Below, piece after piece: positions 12,767 to 26,479 of a stretch of DNA of 64,000 nt; position 1 is the first letter of the stretch, and each line of letters opens with the position of its first letter. Source of the stretch: Lama glama (Eukaryota). A model generated the notes under the pieces. That model had not been told where the DNA came from and made no database searches. It worked only from the letters and a program-made list of their open reading frames with translations. Position numbers and translations under genes: made by a program. The stretch lies in NCBI GenBank assembly GCA_028534125.1, contig CM052816.1, forward strand, positions 40,178,001-40,242,000. Reading direction: 5' to 3'.

Positions 12767-12964
12767 AATACTTGTGCTTTTATTGCATGAAATGACATGG
12801 TGGAAAGCAGAGTGTGGAGTTATACAGAAATGAAAATCGTGGCCTCAGTTTCTACGTCTCTCAATTTCTTCACCTGCAATGGGGTGTTGTAGAGTCAATC
12901 TGGGAGGGAGCTGGATTTCCATGCCAGTTCCTGTGTCTCCCCAGCTTTTGAGCTGGGCGGAAGT

Positions 12965-13165
12965 CTGCATGGCCTGGGCTGGAACCTCTTCTCTGTAACC
13001 TGATAGTTGAGTTACTTTGGGAAAACCCTTTCCTTTTCAGAACCTCCGTTTCTATATGAGTAAAATGAGGACAACAGTGGTACACACTTTCAAGTATTGT
13101 ATTACAACTGCATACGACTGCGCAGATAGTACACATGCTACATATTTAATAAACATAAATGATTG
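12965..13165 (+). mobile_element. MIR SINE
   Basis: cctgggctggaacctc...actttgggaaaac...cctccgtttctatatgagtaaaatgaggacaaca. Confidence 0.75.
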
Positions 13166-13751
13166 CTTTTGCAACTGTGATCCAGGCCATTTCTGTACAT
13201 TCTCTTCATCTGTAACTCTCTTGGGTCTTACACTTCAGTTATTCACTAGATCTTAAGTATTACTTTTGAGAATTTGGCTTTTGTCTTCTTTCAGATTTGA
13301 AATATAATGTTAAACCACAAACTATCCAGTATGTCATGAGTACCAGAGTCTTCTTTTAAAAAAACTTTTTTAGAGAAAAAAATGCAATCTGAAGAAAGAT
13401 GCAATCTAAACCAAGTGTGACAAGAAAACAGAATCTGTTTTCCAATAATATATCTAAAATACAGATCTAATAGCTTTCAGAGCAATGTAAAAATTACTGA
13501 GAATGGAAATGAAATGTCAACACTTGCTCCAAAAGCCTACATTTATTTATTTGAAGAGAATACCTAGTCAATGACTTATATTTAAAAGATAGTATCAGTA
13601 TAAATAATGAGACCAGCCTTTTGATATGTCAATGTAGACAATTTCTGTTCTTCCTAATAAAAACCCTGACTGATTCTGATTTAATCTGGAAAAAAAATTT
13701 GTGTTCCTGCTATTTGATCTTTCCAGTTGATTAGCATCTCCTTCTGGAGGT

Positions 13752-13778
13752 AAAAACAAACAAACAAACAAACAAAAA
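13752..13778. repeat. (AAAC)n microsatellite
   Basis: aaaaacaaacaaacaaacaaacaaaaa. Confidence 0.9.
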
Positions 13779-15189
13779 TGCCAGGGCAGGGAAGATTTTG
13801 ATCAGTGTATTTTGGTAAAGTGTGATTTTTGAGCTCTGGATTTCACCTATGAATGGATATTTAACAATCTCTCTGCATTAAGATTGATTGGATAATTATA
13901 TAGAATAGTTTGAATATAAGCAGAAGAATGTGAAAAATAACTGTAAAATGGCCAACAGTTACTGAAGAATTCCCTCTCAGTTCTAGTCAAGTGTTTTCTG
14001 TCAGAATTTGGAATTCAGATCAAGAGGTAGGGCAGTAAAAAATAGTCATTTTCCAGTCCACATAAGTTCTAAAAGGATTTTGCATGTACCACATACCACA
14101 AGGAAAGATAAGTCAAAGCTTCATCTTGTTTAGGAGAGTAACACAGAACTTCCAAAAGAGGACTTTGTCCAGGTAATCTGCCAAGTCAAGTCAACTCCCT
14201 GAATAACACTCTGGCAGACTTTTGCAGTTCAGTATAGAATCAAGTATTACATTCAGAAGAGGGAGTTCCTGATGTAGTTCCTGATGTGAAAAATGCTGTC
14301 CCATATCCTGTGGGGACTGGAAAAAGTAACATTTAGGCTTGCCTTATAAAATGCATTCCCTAGCGATGCTGTCACATCAAGACATCTGTAAAAGTAGATT
14401 AGAATCCTCATGGAATTTCAAGTTCAATGGTAACAGAGAAGTAGATCATTTCAAGGTACAAGGTTGTTTCTTGAAAACTAAAACTGGCATTTGTATTTCT
14501 TCATGTATTCCTAAATCATTATTTAGAAGCAGACTTTAACATAGTCTAACCAGTTGTAATTTAGTAACTTTATCATAATTTCTGGAGAAAATTTAAAGAG
14601 CAAGATATTGTTTCTTTTAAAGCATAACTCTATTAAAATTTTTGAGTGATTTGACATAAATTATTTTGTAAATACAGAATTTGTAACTTGGTTTATTATA
14701 AACCTATGACACAAATAAAAATTCTGTACACAATTTAACTAATATAATTAAATGCTAACCCTATTCAATATCCTCTCAATTTTAATGCCCTTTGAAGTCA
14801 CCAACTGATATTCCAGATCATGAATTTGTTGGCAATTTTTCTATTTTTTTCTATTCTCTATTGGCTACTAAGGGTAAAGAATATATTATCATCTAAAATC
14901 TCAATGTACTGTTACTAAGTAAATTTATTAGGGTTTTAAATTAAAAAGTGGAATGAGCTTGAAGAATTAAGATCAATAGAAAATTAAATATTATATCCAT
15001 AAAATACAACCTAGGAATATTTTTCAAGATGATGTTTATTTCATACATTGGGTTTCATTTGAAAACCAAAGTAAAACTAACCCAGCAGAGTCACATCAAA
15101 GTTTTCAGGTTTTCTTGTGTGTGTGTTTGTGTGAGTCTCCCCAACCCACTGTAAAACATTTTCATGGAAAATAGGTCTATCATAATTAT

Positions 15190-15315
15190 AATGGCCCTGA
15201 TTATGGGGCTGAGATGGTTCTGGCTTATGTTTGAGATCCTAGTATGATTATTAATAGCATTCTGTTTACTTTCAAACTTGTCCTAGGTTGGAAGGTAAAT
15301 TGTATTGTCACCCTA
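15190..15315. mobile_element. MER81-like hAT-Blackjack MITE
   Basis: gattattaatagcattctgtttactttcaaacttgtcctaggttggaaggtaaattgtattgtcacccta terminus. Confidence 0.65.
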
Positions 15316-18300
15316 ATCATAATTCAATTTAAGAAAATGGCCAGATTTGACTTGTGGATAAACTGTGTGTGAGAAAAATGGGAGGGAGTTTATAATTGCT
15401 CTAAACTATCAAAAGCTAAATTACAGTGAAATTTAATCTTCAACGATATGTGAGAAGATTAGTTCATTAGCCATATTCGAAGATATGCCTAACTATGTAA
15501 TTAGATAAAATGCTTAATCAACTTTGGGTCAAGTCTACAAACACAAAGGGAAGGAGTGAATTTGGGGCCAAATTTGGTTGACCAAAATAAACCTGAGAAT
15601 TACCTCTTTTTCTAAACTGTCAATCTAAGCAGGTATTCAACAAAAGTATGACTCGTGTAACTGCAGACATGTCCTTCTTTTATAGGGACATTGGCCCCAC
15701 TCTCTTGCTGAATCACCTTTAATTCAAGGTTATCTTTGTAATTTGATCTCTCCATTATGGCAGAATTACTCTTACCAAGAACATCAGCCCCTTCCCCTGA
15801 TACCAAAAGGGTACTTCTGATATATATCAATGACTGGAACCTTGCTACTAAGAATTTTAAATTGCCATGGCTGACAAATTAAAGCCTTAAAATCTAATTA
15901 CTTCAATTTGTTGTAAGTGCATTATGTTATTATGAAAGAAGTTATATGGAAATCTCTAACTCTCAAGTCCCATGTCTTCTCTTTATAGCTAAAGAGTGAA
16001 GAATATAAGCTCTCTCTATCATGCCTTCAGGATATATTTTGTTGTGTAAAAATCTATCAAAAGAGATTAGAAAATAAGCTTCAGTTTCTATTTTTCTGTC
16101 TTTAACCTTTAATAACCAGTGCTTGGCCACAATTTTGCCACCTTGGGTGGTGGTAGTTCAAGCTAATATTTCAGTTGTTTCATACGTGAATCTTAATAAT
16201 CATCTTCATTTTCTCTTGAACTGAATTTGAAGAAAAAGAGTCCTTGGAGAAGTCTTTTTTTATCCTTAACCTAATGACAGTGAAACAGATATTTACTTCA
16301 AACATACTCATAGCAACAGATTCAGATAGAAAAAATTCCCTCTGTATTAGAAATAGGGGAAAAAAAACTTGAAATAATACAGTAACTGGATGTATACTTC
16401 TCTTTTCCTTACTTCATACCCTAATTTTCTACTTCCATATGAATTAAAAATAGAGTATTTTGCTGATTATCATTATTTTCTTAGTCTTCAAGTTCAAGGT
16501 TATAATCCACATAGAGAAAATAGCTTTTTAATATTATTAAGTGAAACGAGCACACCATCATTGTAATAGCAGATTAACAAAATAACACATGGTAATCTTT
16601 TTATAACTGAGCAAAATGGTGAGCTAAAATTGCTTTCGTTTGCTACTCCTCTATCCAGGTAAATTCACTTAAGCCCTGTTTCTTTTGCACTTTCTTTGTA
16701 GGCATCAGATCAATTAGAATCTCTACTCTTTCTTTCTGTTTCCCTCTCTTCTCCCATCAGTGCAGAGATTCCAGACCTTGAGACTGCTTGACTGTCCCTT
16801 TCTCTGCGATGTCTGTTCTAGGACTCCATGTCCCTGTATTGGATATATCCATACACTTAAAACATGGAACCCCATTTCGGACTTCCTTGAGAGAGAGGCT
16901 CTGAAAATATATTTGATAGTATTGGGTGTTATCCCAGGATAGCCTTCCAATACCTGTTTTCTATACCTCCTTTTCTGATTTGTTTCTTCAACACTGCGTA
17001 CTCTCCTCCACATGTGAGAAGGATATTTAAAGTTGTGTATATTTTAAGTAATTAATGTAGGGTTCTTCTGATAAATGATAATCTATCTCTATTTATCTTT
17101 CCTTCCACTTTGCATTTTTTATTCAGGTTAGCATGATCTATGAATTTTACCAGATGATACAAATGAGATGGGAGTATTAGGACTACTGATTTATTTGAGT
17201 ATTTCTACCTTATGTTTAATACACCGTTCTCACCTAAGGTATTATTCTAAGTTGTGCGATTGTAATTCAGTATCCCGTTTAAATTATAAGAGCACAAAAA
17301 TAGAACTGATAAACTTCACAAATCCAAAGAAAATCCCTTCTTGAAATGTCCTTCTATAATCTAGCAATTTATTAAAGAAAAGTATCATTTAGGACATATG
17401 ATTTTCTAAAATATGATGTGCTATGTATTTTGTATGTGTGCGTGCACTACATATTCAGTTTCCTGAAAATAAATTTGTTTCTCTTGAAAAAGCAGCTCTC
17501 CATTTGGAGAAAACTAAATTACATTTTTCTTTTTCAAATTTTTATGTAAACCGTATCTTTTTGCCTCTGAAGTTCTCAAAAAGTAATTTGGTTTTGAAAA
17601 ACAATGTCTGATAGTATTTATTGAATTATGACCCACTTCTACCTTTGGCATGCTTTCCTCTTCCTTTTCCTGTATTTAAATTCTCAGATAATTGAGAATA
17701 TGCAATAACAAGAAAATGAGATTTTCAAGACCAATTTGGACTAATATAAACAAAATTTCAATACTCACCCTAAGCATAAAAATACTTAAGAGATTTTGTT
17801 GGGCTCAGTTCCCAGTGAACTTAAAGCTCATTTTCGTAACTATATTCCAACAACTTTTAAATGACATTTTTAGATGCCCCATTGCCTTGCTGTTTTATAT
17901 CAATTAACATTGCTGGTTTTCAGTTTACTTTCTTTATTTATGAATTTATAAGTCTAGTGACTTTGTGTGTATTATATCCTCATATTATCAAATGAATTTT
18001 GAACAAGTTTTAAAATTATTTTTATTCTTCTTTAATTAAATGATCTCTACTAAGAATAGCATAAATTTGTGTATATTCCATATGCATGCAAAACTTAATA
18101 TGCAGGTTATTTTAAAGCAATGATTCAAGATAATTATTTAATACTCAACTTTTTGACAATTTCATAATATCTTTTTGCAGACTTTTATTGAGCTAATTTG
18201 CTAAAGGCAAAAATAAATTGCAAATATTAACTCAGAAGATTTATAAATTCATAAGGTTTTATAAAATTATACCTAAAAATAAGTCATTAAACTTTGAATA

Positions 18301-18579
18301 ACCATTGCAGCTATAATAAAATTATATTGTCAGAAAGTTTAAATCAAACGTATACTGATTTGAGTCCACTGATAGGGACAAAAAATAGCATAAAAGGAGA
18401 AGAAACAGAACAAAGTATAAAAAATAGAAAATAGAGAATTAAGATTAGCAGTGGAGATATGGGAGATGTATTAATATTTCTTGAAATCCTTGCTTTTTAA
18501 ATTTTATAATTAATAAACACATGTATCAAATTGTGTTTTACCAGTAAAACATGCATTTATTTATATATAGCTGCATAAA

Positions 18580-18690
18580 TTTATCAGATGTTTATTAAAA
18601 CACTGTCTGCGTGTCAGGAACTTTGGTGGTACTGAACGTGCAAAGAAGAGCCAACAATCTAACAAGGTAGAAGCTTAGGTAAACAAGTGC
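18580..18690 (-). mobile_element. L2 fragment
   Basis: tcagatgtttattaaaacactgtctgcgtgtcaggaact. Confidence 0.5.
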
Positions 18691-18759
18691 CCCATTCTGG
18701 TAGAGTAGAGATACTACCTGTGTAACGTTGAATGATTCTTCCGGTCTCAGCCTAGCTGC

Positions 18760-19032
18760 TACTTTGTCTGGAAACTCTTCCCTGAGCAATATTCCTTGCC
18801 CACAGCTGGATTAGGGTCTGCAGCTAGGCATTTCCTCAATCCTCTGTTCCTTCTTTGTTGTATCACTTGCCACACAATATGGTAGACTGAACTCTGATAC
18901 TTGATTCTGGCTTTGAGAATCAACTAAGCTTTGAGAAAGCAGATGCAGAGCTATCTTGCTCACATTTGTATCCCTTGTGCTTAGCACAGTGCGTGGCACA
19001 TGGTATATGCCTAATACATACTGTTTGAATGT
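18760..19032 (+). mobile_element. L2 3' end
   Basis: tttgtatcccttgtgcttagcacagtgcgtggcacatggtatatgcctaatacatactgtttgaatg. Confidence 0.8.
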
Positions 19033-19035
19033 GTG

Positions 19036-19118
19036 AGAAAAGGAAGAGGGAGGGGAGGAGAGAGAGAGAGGAAAGAGAAATGAAGACTGAAAAGGAAGAG
19101 AAGAAGGGAGGAAAGACA
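19036..19118. repeat. GA-rich low-complexity tract
   Basis: Near-pure purine run gagaaaaggaagagggaggggaggagagagagagaggaaagag... Confidence 0.85.
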
Positions 19119-19959
19119 AGTAATTTTACATTGGAAACCTCTCTCAAGGTCAGTTGTGGATGGAATTCTCAACTTCTCTTCATGTAAGTCTAAAAATAAC
19201 AATAGTTGAGAGATCAGAAGAAACTAAAATTCGTAAAAAATGATCACTTCACATTTAATATTTTGGGATGAGGGTACTGGATATGTATAAAAATGTGAGA
19301 TCTAATTCTACTTTCAGTCTATCACCAAATACTAACCAGAGCTATAATCCTTTGAAAAGTTTAAAAAAGATTCAGTCACTAAATCATAACTGAAGATGTC
19401 TCTATTTATTCATCAGTCAGATATTTGCTAGAGGAGGCCAAGAAGCAGGAATGTTTCAAAATGTTTCTACCTAAAGAGACTCTATGGGAAACTATTTAGA
19501 AACATCTAGGAGTCATTTTTTGATATAACATACTCAAAGTTAGAATTTAGAAGACAATATTCCCAAATCAGCGGAAAAATACTGATGGATTTCAAGGTGC
19601 AACGGTCATTTTAAATTAAAACAGGAAGCTTTCTTTTTTCTTTTTTACTTTTTGTCTTTGGAGCTGTATTTGCAAAGTTTTCTACAGTGAACATGCATTA
19701 TATTTACACTTAGAAAAAATAAAGATAGATGTTAATAAAAGTGAAACTTGTGGAACTGAACTACGCATAAAATCATATAGCAAACTGTCAGATGAGTGTT
19801 TGCATTTAAATACACGTATACCTATGTATTACCAACTAATTATCTTTGTCAAGAATGAAAAGAAGTGAAAGAATAGAATTGTCACACTCCTGTCTTTTTT
19901 GCTTCTAGGATATTTTAACTTTACTCTATTGTTTTCTGAAAAGCATAAATACAATTGAA

Positions 19960-20290
19960 AAATTGGAACAACTTGGTCCAAAGTATATGTATTTCCAGGT
20001 TTTAAAATTATATTGATACACACTCTCCAGATAGGTTGCCAATTTCATTCTTTCCATGACAAAATTTATTATTATAATCCCTGAAAATACTTGCTAATTT
20101 GATAATTAATGACTGATAGCTTAGGCTTAAAGTTTTTCTCACCTGGGCTTTTGTTTGTTAATAGCATTTCTAAATATTATTTTATGTACTTATTAGGGTT
20201 TTTTTGACACTATTGGTCTATTTTCATTATTTTTATTCATATATGCATTGTGTTTCTTCACCTCATGAATTACCTGTTTAAAATATATTT
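19960..20290 (-). mobile_element. Old L1ME fragment
   Basis: ctctccagataggttgccaatttcattc...ttgctaatttgata...atgaattacctgttt. Confidence 0.5.
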
Positions 20291-21026
20291 ACAAATCAAA
20301 ACTAATTTATCATCTTTATTCAACAGTACTTAAACTCATTATATAAAAATATATTGAAATATTAACTTCATCCAGAAGAGAGAAAGATTTTGATACCTAT
20401 TTGGCAAATTACTGTATCTGAGCTATACATAAACTATTTGGGTTACAGTAACAGGCTGAATTTTTAATCATTGGCCTACGCTCAAACTCTACCATTCTGT
20501 ATTCAATTACCAGAGTTTGGAAAATTAAAATATAAAAATTACATGTTACAACCTCTGCCAATAAGCCTGTTATTTTTACTGCAAGATAGGATAACCATTT
20601 ATGGTGCTAAAAAGTTTTGCTTTCAAACTCTAAGATGCTTCTTTAGAAATAGCGTCATTGTAATTATGGCAGTAAATGGTTCAAAGTGCACCAAATACGT
20701 TTGCAGTTCACCAAATTCTTTGCATTTCCAATTTGACCCACATCATATTTATTGGGCTGTAATGACTGTGGGTCACAACAAATTCAGGATGTTTCTGGAA
20801 AAGCAAAACCTCTCCTATTAATAATGCAGCAGTTGAATGTTAAAGTACTATCACGAAGCTATTTTATGATGTGATAAAACTGTTAAAAGTACATAACTAT
20901 ACCACTGCAGGAGTACACTTGGCCAGAAGTGTGTTAAAGTACTCAAGAAACAGGAACAAAATAAAAACCAACATGACTTTCATGCAGGTAAAAAAGGCAT
21001 GATACATGCTATCAGGCACAATGACA

Positions 21027-21156
21027 GTGTGTGTGTGCACGTGCAGTGTAATGTGTTGAGTTCATGTATGTCTGTGTGTGTGCTTGGATGTGACTGTGTG
21101 CTCATGTGTGTGTGGTTTGTATTTTTGTGTATTTGTGTGTGTGTGCATGTGTGTGT
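21027..21156. repeat. Degenerate (TG)n low-complexity repeat
   Basis: Interrupted gtgtgtgt arrays. Confidence 0.85.
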
Positions 21157-21396
21157 AAAGGTGGCATCCAGATTCTATGGCTTGTCATTGAAGGTGATAA
21201 TGACATGTTTAGAAGGGAAAGGATGTGTGGTGAGGGTCTGAAGTCAGGATGAATACTTTGAGGATAAAGCAGAGTCAAACCTAAGTATCCAGCACTGTCA
21301 GTGAACCCTGCAAGGTCTAGACTAGTTTGTAACACAGTGCTGATTATTTTGTTGGAACTGTATATTTCAGCAGAGCAGTTGATTTCTAAGGGTGTC

Positions 21397-22009
21397 TCTA
21401 TTCATTTTTTATTGCTGTGATACAAATTACCATACATTTACTGTCTTAACATAGCACACGCTTATCGCCTCATGGTTGCTGTGCTCCAGGAGTCCAGGCA
21501 CAGTGTCGCAGAGTCCCCTGCTCAGGGTCTCACGTGGCTATGTTCTGAGTGTTGGCCAGGTTACTTTCAAGTCAGTAAGCTTGATCAGAAGAGAATTTAC
21601 TTCCAAGCTTATTCAGGTTGCTCCACGTACCTGTTCAGCTCATGAAGGCCACCTGCAATCCTGTGCCATGTGGACTTCTCCAAAGGCAGTTTACTACATG
21701 GCTGTTTGCCCCTTCAAGGGTGGCAGAGAATCTTTTCCAACCTCAGGAAGGGTCCAGTTACTCATTCAAGGGTTTAATCTGATTAATTAGGCCCAACAAG
21801 GATAATCTTTTGATTAACTAAAAATCAACTGGTTTGGGACTTTAATTACATGTGCAAAGTCCACATACTTTTGCCTTGCAAGGTAGCCAAATTAGGAATG
21901 ACATCCCATCATATTCACAGTTCCCACCCATACTCCAGGGTGGGATTATACAAATGTACACCAGGGGGCAAGAAATCTGCAGGGCCGTCTTAGATTTCTG
22001 CCCACCACA
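21397..22009 (-). mobile_element. MaLR solo LTR (MLT1E family) with 5-bp TSD
   Basis: Starts tctattcattttttattgctgtgatacaaattacc, ends tcttagatttctgcccaccaca; flanked by GTGTC (21392-21396) / GTGTT (22010-22014). Confidence 0.9.
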
Positions 22010-22317
22010 GTGTTCAAACTACTTTAACATCCTATGCAACTTACCTCCATCCAATCATCAAGACTAATTTAAGAACTATTTCCAAATTTCACATTTGGTC
22101 TCTTTCTAATGGTCCCTTTTGTCTACATTCACCATTATCCATTCCATTGTTTCATTCCTTGATTTTTGCGCTGTTCCAGGGCCTTTAAGATTGACAAACT
22201 ATTACACAGACTGCTGGTTTCAGCTTCGGCTCCCCCCTCCCACCCCAAAAGCCACTCACTACTCCTGCACACTGTCTTACAGAAACTGCATGGAAAAAAG
22301 GAGATGCTCTTCCCACA

Positions 22318-22512
22318 GGCAGACCTGAATCGGAATCTTGATTCTCCCACCTTTTACTAGAACTTGGGTAAATCGCTTCACTTTCTGAGTCTCAGTCTCC
22401 TTGTCCATCAAAAGAAATCATAATATTTATTTCCATGGTAACTAGAAGGAGAAAGTGTGCAATACATATGTAACACCCAGGAGAATATGTGGTTCACAGG
22501 TTCTCAGTAAAG
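22318..22512 (+). mobile_element. MIR SINE
   Basis: gcagacctgaatcggaatcttg...acttgggtaaatcgcttcactttctgagtctcagtctcc. Confidence 0.75.
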
Positions 22513-22580
22513 GAGAGCTCTTCTCTCAGTGCACTTATCCTTTGGCAGTGGTTCTGAGCTCTGTGCTGCTCAGGCTTTGC

Positions 22581-23300
22581 ATAATAATAACTTCCGCTTA
22601 CCAATAATATTTTTTGTTCTAGGTCATATGCTAAGTACATTTTTCACCATGATCTTTAATTTTATACTAGTTTCCTGTGGCTGCTGCAACAAATTATCAT
22701 AAATTAGTTGACCTAAAACAGAAATATATTCTCTCATAGCTCTGGAAGCCAGAAGTTCAATGTCAAAGTGTCAGCAAGTTCACACTCCCTTGAAAGGCTC
22801 CAGGGGAGAATCCATTCCTTGCCTCCTCCAGCTTTGGTAAATAACTCCAGGTGTTCCTTGGCTTATGGCCACATCACTCCACTCTCTCTCTCTATTCTCT
22901 CAGAATCTGCTCCCTTCTGTGTTTTTCCTTTGTGTCTCCTACCAGGCCGCTTGTTATTAGATTTAGAGCCCACTCAGATAATCCAGGGTGAGGTCCTCAT
23001 CTTAGGATCTTTAAGTTAATTACATCTGCAAAGATCCTTTTTTTTTCCTTCTCTGAATAAGGTATCATTCATAGGTGCTAGGGATTAGAATAAAGACATA
23101 TATTTTGGGGTGAGGGCACTGTTCAGCTCTCTATCAACATCCTAATGTCCCGGAATATCAGTAGTGGTATTATTTCAGTTCGAAGAAGGAGCAACCACAT
23201 TTAAGAGAGGTTTAAGTACTTTTCCCATGATCACATGGACAGTTAGTAGTATGGGTGGGGCACAGTGGCTGTATACACACTTCTGACTCCAAGCCTGCAC
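22581..23300 (-). mobile_element. MIR SINE split by MLT1 insertion
   Basis: MIR tail (atgctaagtacattt) left of 22663 and MIR core (agagaggtttaagtacttttcccatgatcacatgg...ctgactccaagcc) right of 23136. Confidence 0.7.
22663..23136 (-). mobile_element. MaLR solo LTR (MLT1C-like)
   Basis: tatactagtttcctgtggctgctgcaacaaattatcataaa...ctctggaagccagaagttc...taattacatctgcaaagatcc. Confidence 0.9.
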
Positions 23301-24039
23301 CCCAATCACTTCACTGCACATTATATTCCGGCGCATCCTAGCAAGTTCTAGAGCTCTTGAGAAATCTGATCTTGGAGGACACATCTATCAGGGAAAGAAG
23401 ACAATTTTAATCTTTTTTTTCCTTATATGAGCTTAATGTGACTTTCTGAAACTGTCAGAATCACTTCTAGTGAAAATTAACTTGAGTGTGGGAGTGAGAG
23501 TTGAATTGCTTTAAATTTGAAGATGTCAAAGTGAAGGTCGAGTAGATGCCGATCTTGGTTCCTTAATTAGAAGAGCTCAAGAGTTTTGTACTAAGACTTT
23601 AAAAGCAGGGTGAATCACTTCACCTTTGTGCTGTGATCTTTGATGCTTTGTTGCTGACCCTTGTCACCACAAATTACAGTGATCAGAGACAATTTGGAAA
23701 AGAAAGGAAGTTCGGGAGTTTTGAAGAAGCACATTGTCTCCTCTGTTTCCCCTCGATTCCATTTTTGTCTCACTTTTTCAACTAACCTGGACTTCTTCCA
23801 CCTACGTACTATGTTTGATTGTTCATTATGATAAGCAGTTAATGTGTCTCAATTTATACATACATATTTTAAAAATCAGAAAAAATTTCCTTCCCCACAT
23901 GATTCTCATCAGATCATCTAAAAAAATTCTCCCCAATCTCAGCAAGCAGAAGTCACTTTTACATATTTGTACTTAATATGTATATTTTTATAATGACTGT
24001 ATAACTAAATGTCTAAGAAGCCACACAATCTAATGGAAA

Positions 24040-24225
24040 AGTCTTAGGCTAAGATCTCTGAAAATCTGTGTTCCAGTTTTTGTTCTGCACTAATTAATTG
24101 TGTGCCCTCAATTAAAAGCCAAGATGACTTTCGTGCATTTTCCGTATTTGCAAAACTGAGATAATTTCTAGACTCAAAGCATTGCTGGAAGTATAAAAGA
24201 ACCTCTAAAATAAATTTTGAAATGC
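24040..24225 (+). mobile_element. MIR SINE (degenerate)
   Basis: gttccagtttttgttctgcactaattaattgtgtgccc...tttgcaaaactgagataat. Confidence 0.55.
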
Positions 24226-26479
24226 TCAGGAAACAAAAAAGTGCATTCTAACTTTAAACATAGAAGATAAAAGAATAAGAAGCAATTGAAATACACAAAT
24301 TTAAAATCTTTAAAAATATTTGGAGCTTTTTCTCAGTCATTTTTCTACAGTTGTCATGGTTCATTTTAAACCGTGTTATGCTCTGTTAATGACATTGGGG
24401 GAGATGATCAAGATTTCAGGAGGATTTTAATGTTAATGAAATATAAATTTGATTTCGCTGAAAATATGTCATTCTATAATGGTGATTCTGCAAATTCCAA
24501 GAAATGCCTTTGAAAACTTATTCTAGCCTCCCTCTCCCCTTACCCCTTAATTTCCAGATGTGTTACAATACTTGCTCTATGTGAGAGCTCATCAGCCCAC
24601 TCTGGGGAGTTTCAATTCTCAGGCATTTACCTCAATGGGTAAGTGGTTGAATAGTAGCCTAGTGTGTAGGCCTTTGCGAGAGAGGCTAAAGATGTCTGTA
24701 GGAGAATGAGGGGATTGAAACGTATTTAAACTCAGATGATTAGTGGAGTTGTCCAGGGACCAAAGGGATTTCTGTTGAGTGAAGAGGAATAAGGTTGGCC
24801 TGCTGTTTTCCACAGATAGTTTGCATTTAAAACATAAAGTAATTAAATGTTTTAATTTTGATCCCCATGGTGTCTCCTTTTCAGAGCACAGCAGGGAGGG
24901 CGAACGTAATTGGCACCGTTTGGAAGGTTGAGTGCCTGAGGTTGGGGCAAGTCTTTATTTGTAGCTGAAAACGGACATTTTGGTTTAATCTGTTGCTATA
25001 CTTATCTGTTCTGTTCCTAGTCTAATTTATTAAGTAGAAAGACTGTGCCTACCCCACCTTCAAAAAGCAGCCTGGAATCTTCAGAACTCAGGGGAAAATG
25101 TGTCTGTCATCTGAGAGATTAACAGTGTGTTCACCTGGGGGCAGATGCCACAGCTGAAAATGCTTTTTTGATGTGTTTCTGTGTCTGTTTGTTTCTGATA
25201 GGATTTTGTATTTAGACAAGATTGTACATTATTTGTATAGTTTTACTTTCCCCTAGAACATATTAGTGTGCACATTCAAGGTCCTACATTGTCCCTTTGT
25301 TTTCCTGGGTAAGCCTTTAAGTTAGGCTTATATACCAGGAATAAATGAATAACAGAATAGGTCATTTTTCAGTTGATATAGTAAAGGTAGAAATATGAAA
25401 GAGGAAGACTATCTTTAAAAATAAAATCAGACTTTTTTTACCCCTGAGATATCGTCCCCAAACAATGCCTGATATGGTATAATATGTTCCCTATTTTTGA
25501 ATATTCAATAAATGAATGAATCTCTGCATTTTCACTTCCTGTTGTGTAATATAATATGGCAGCTCTGATCCTGTCCTCAGCTGTAGACCTTGAAGATATG
25601 TTGATGTACACGGAATGGGTTAGATTTAAGGTTTAGGTGAGGATATTTACTTTTGATCTACCAACACCAAACTATTTTTCTATTTGTGTTGCAGTTAGAG
25701 GTGTGTTGGACTAAAACTAAAGATCTAGATTTGAATATATGACTCATTTATCTCAGATTCAAAGTGGAGAGATCTTAGTGTCCTTCCCATCCATCTTACA
25801 GAACAGTCACATAAACCGAAAGAGAGACTCTAAACTGTCTTTTTGAAACTCCAAAGATACTATTGTATCCAAATGTGAGAGATTATTTTTCAAGATGAAT
25901 GAGAAGCACATCACCTGTATCAACATTTCTGCTCACTAGGAAAGAAATATGTGAGAATTGATAAGCATAAGTATTAAAATATTTCTCTTTCGTGTGGAAT
26001 TCAATAGGAGAAACAAGCTTATGAGCAATATGCTGAAATGTTGACGCAGTGAGTTTTTTCATGTAGAACTGAGTACACAATCAATTCACCTATTGTTTTC
26101 TAAACAATAAGATCAGGACTATGTTATTTAAAGCAACGTGTTAAATACTGAATAAATAAGGGGTTTTAGCACATTCATTAATATTTCAGCCAGGGACTAG
26201 TCTTCCATCAGTTCACTATCCTGCATAATTATTCTTATTTATTTATTTATGAAATAGTGTGCATTGCTGTGACCCAATTGTGAATGAATATTAAATAGTT
26301 AAACACAATAAAATTTTCTGCTAATTTTCTTGTTCCAAAAGTAAATAATCTTTAGAGATATTTTACAATTGGAAAGTCAAAAAATGACAGAACTATTAAC
26401 ATTCTGAAGTGAGAGATAAAGTAAAAGTAAAATATATAATTTTAGAAGTAAAGAAACTAAGAGTGCACAAAAATCTGAA

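Noticed and set aside
16720..16945. Strong polypyrimidine tract and AG at 16759-16760
   Set aside because: No convincing downstream donor; a lone acceptor-like site is expected by chance.
20471..20821. 116-aa ORF
   Set aside because: TTG start, no recognisable homology or splice structure; consistent with chance.
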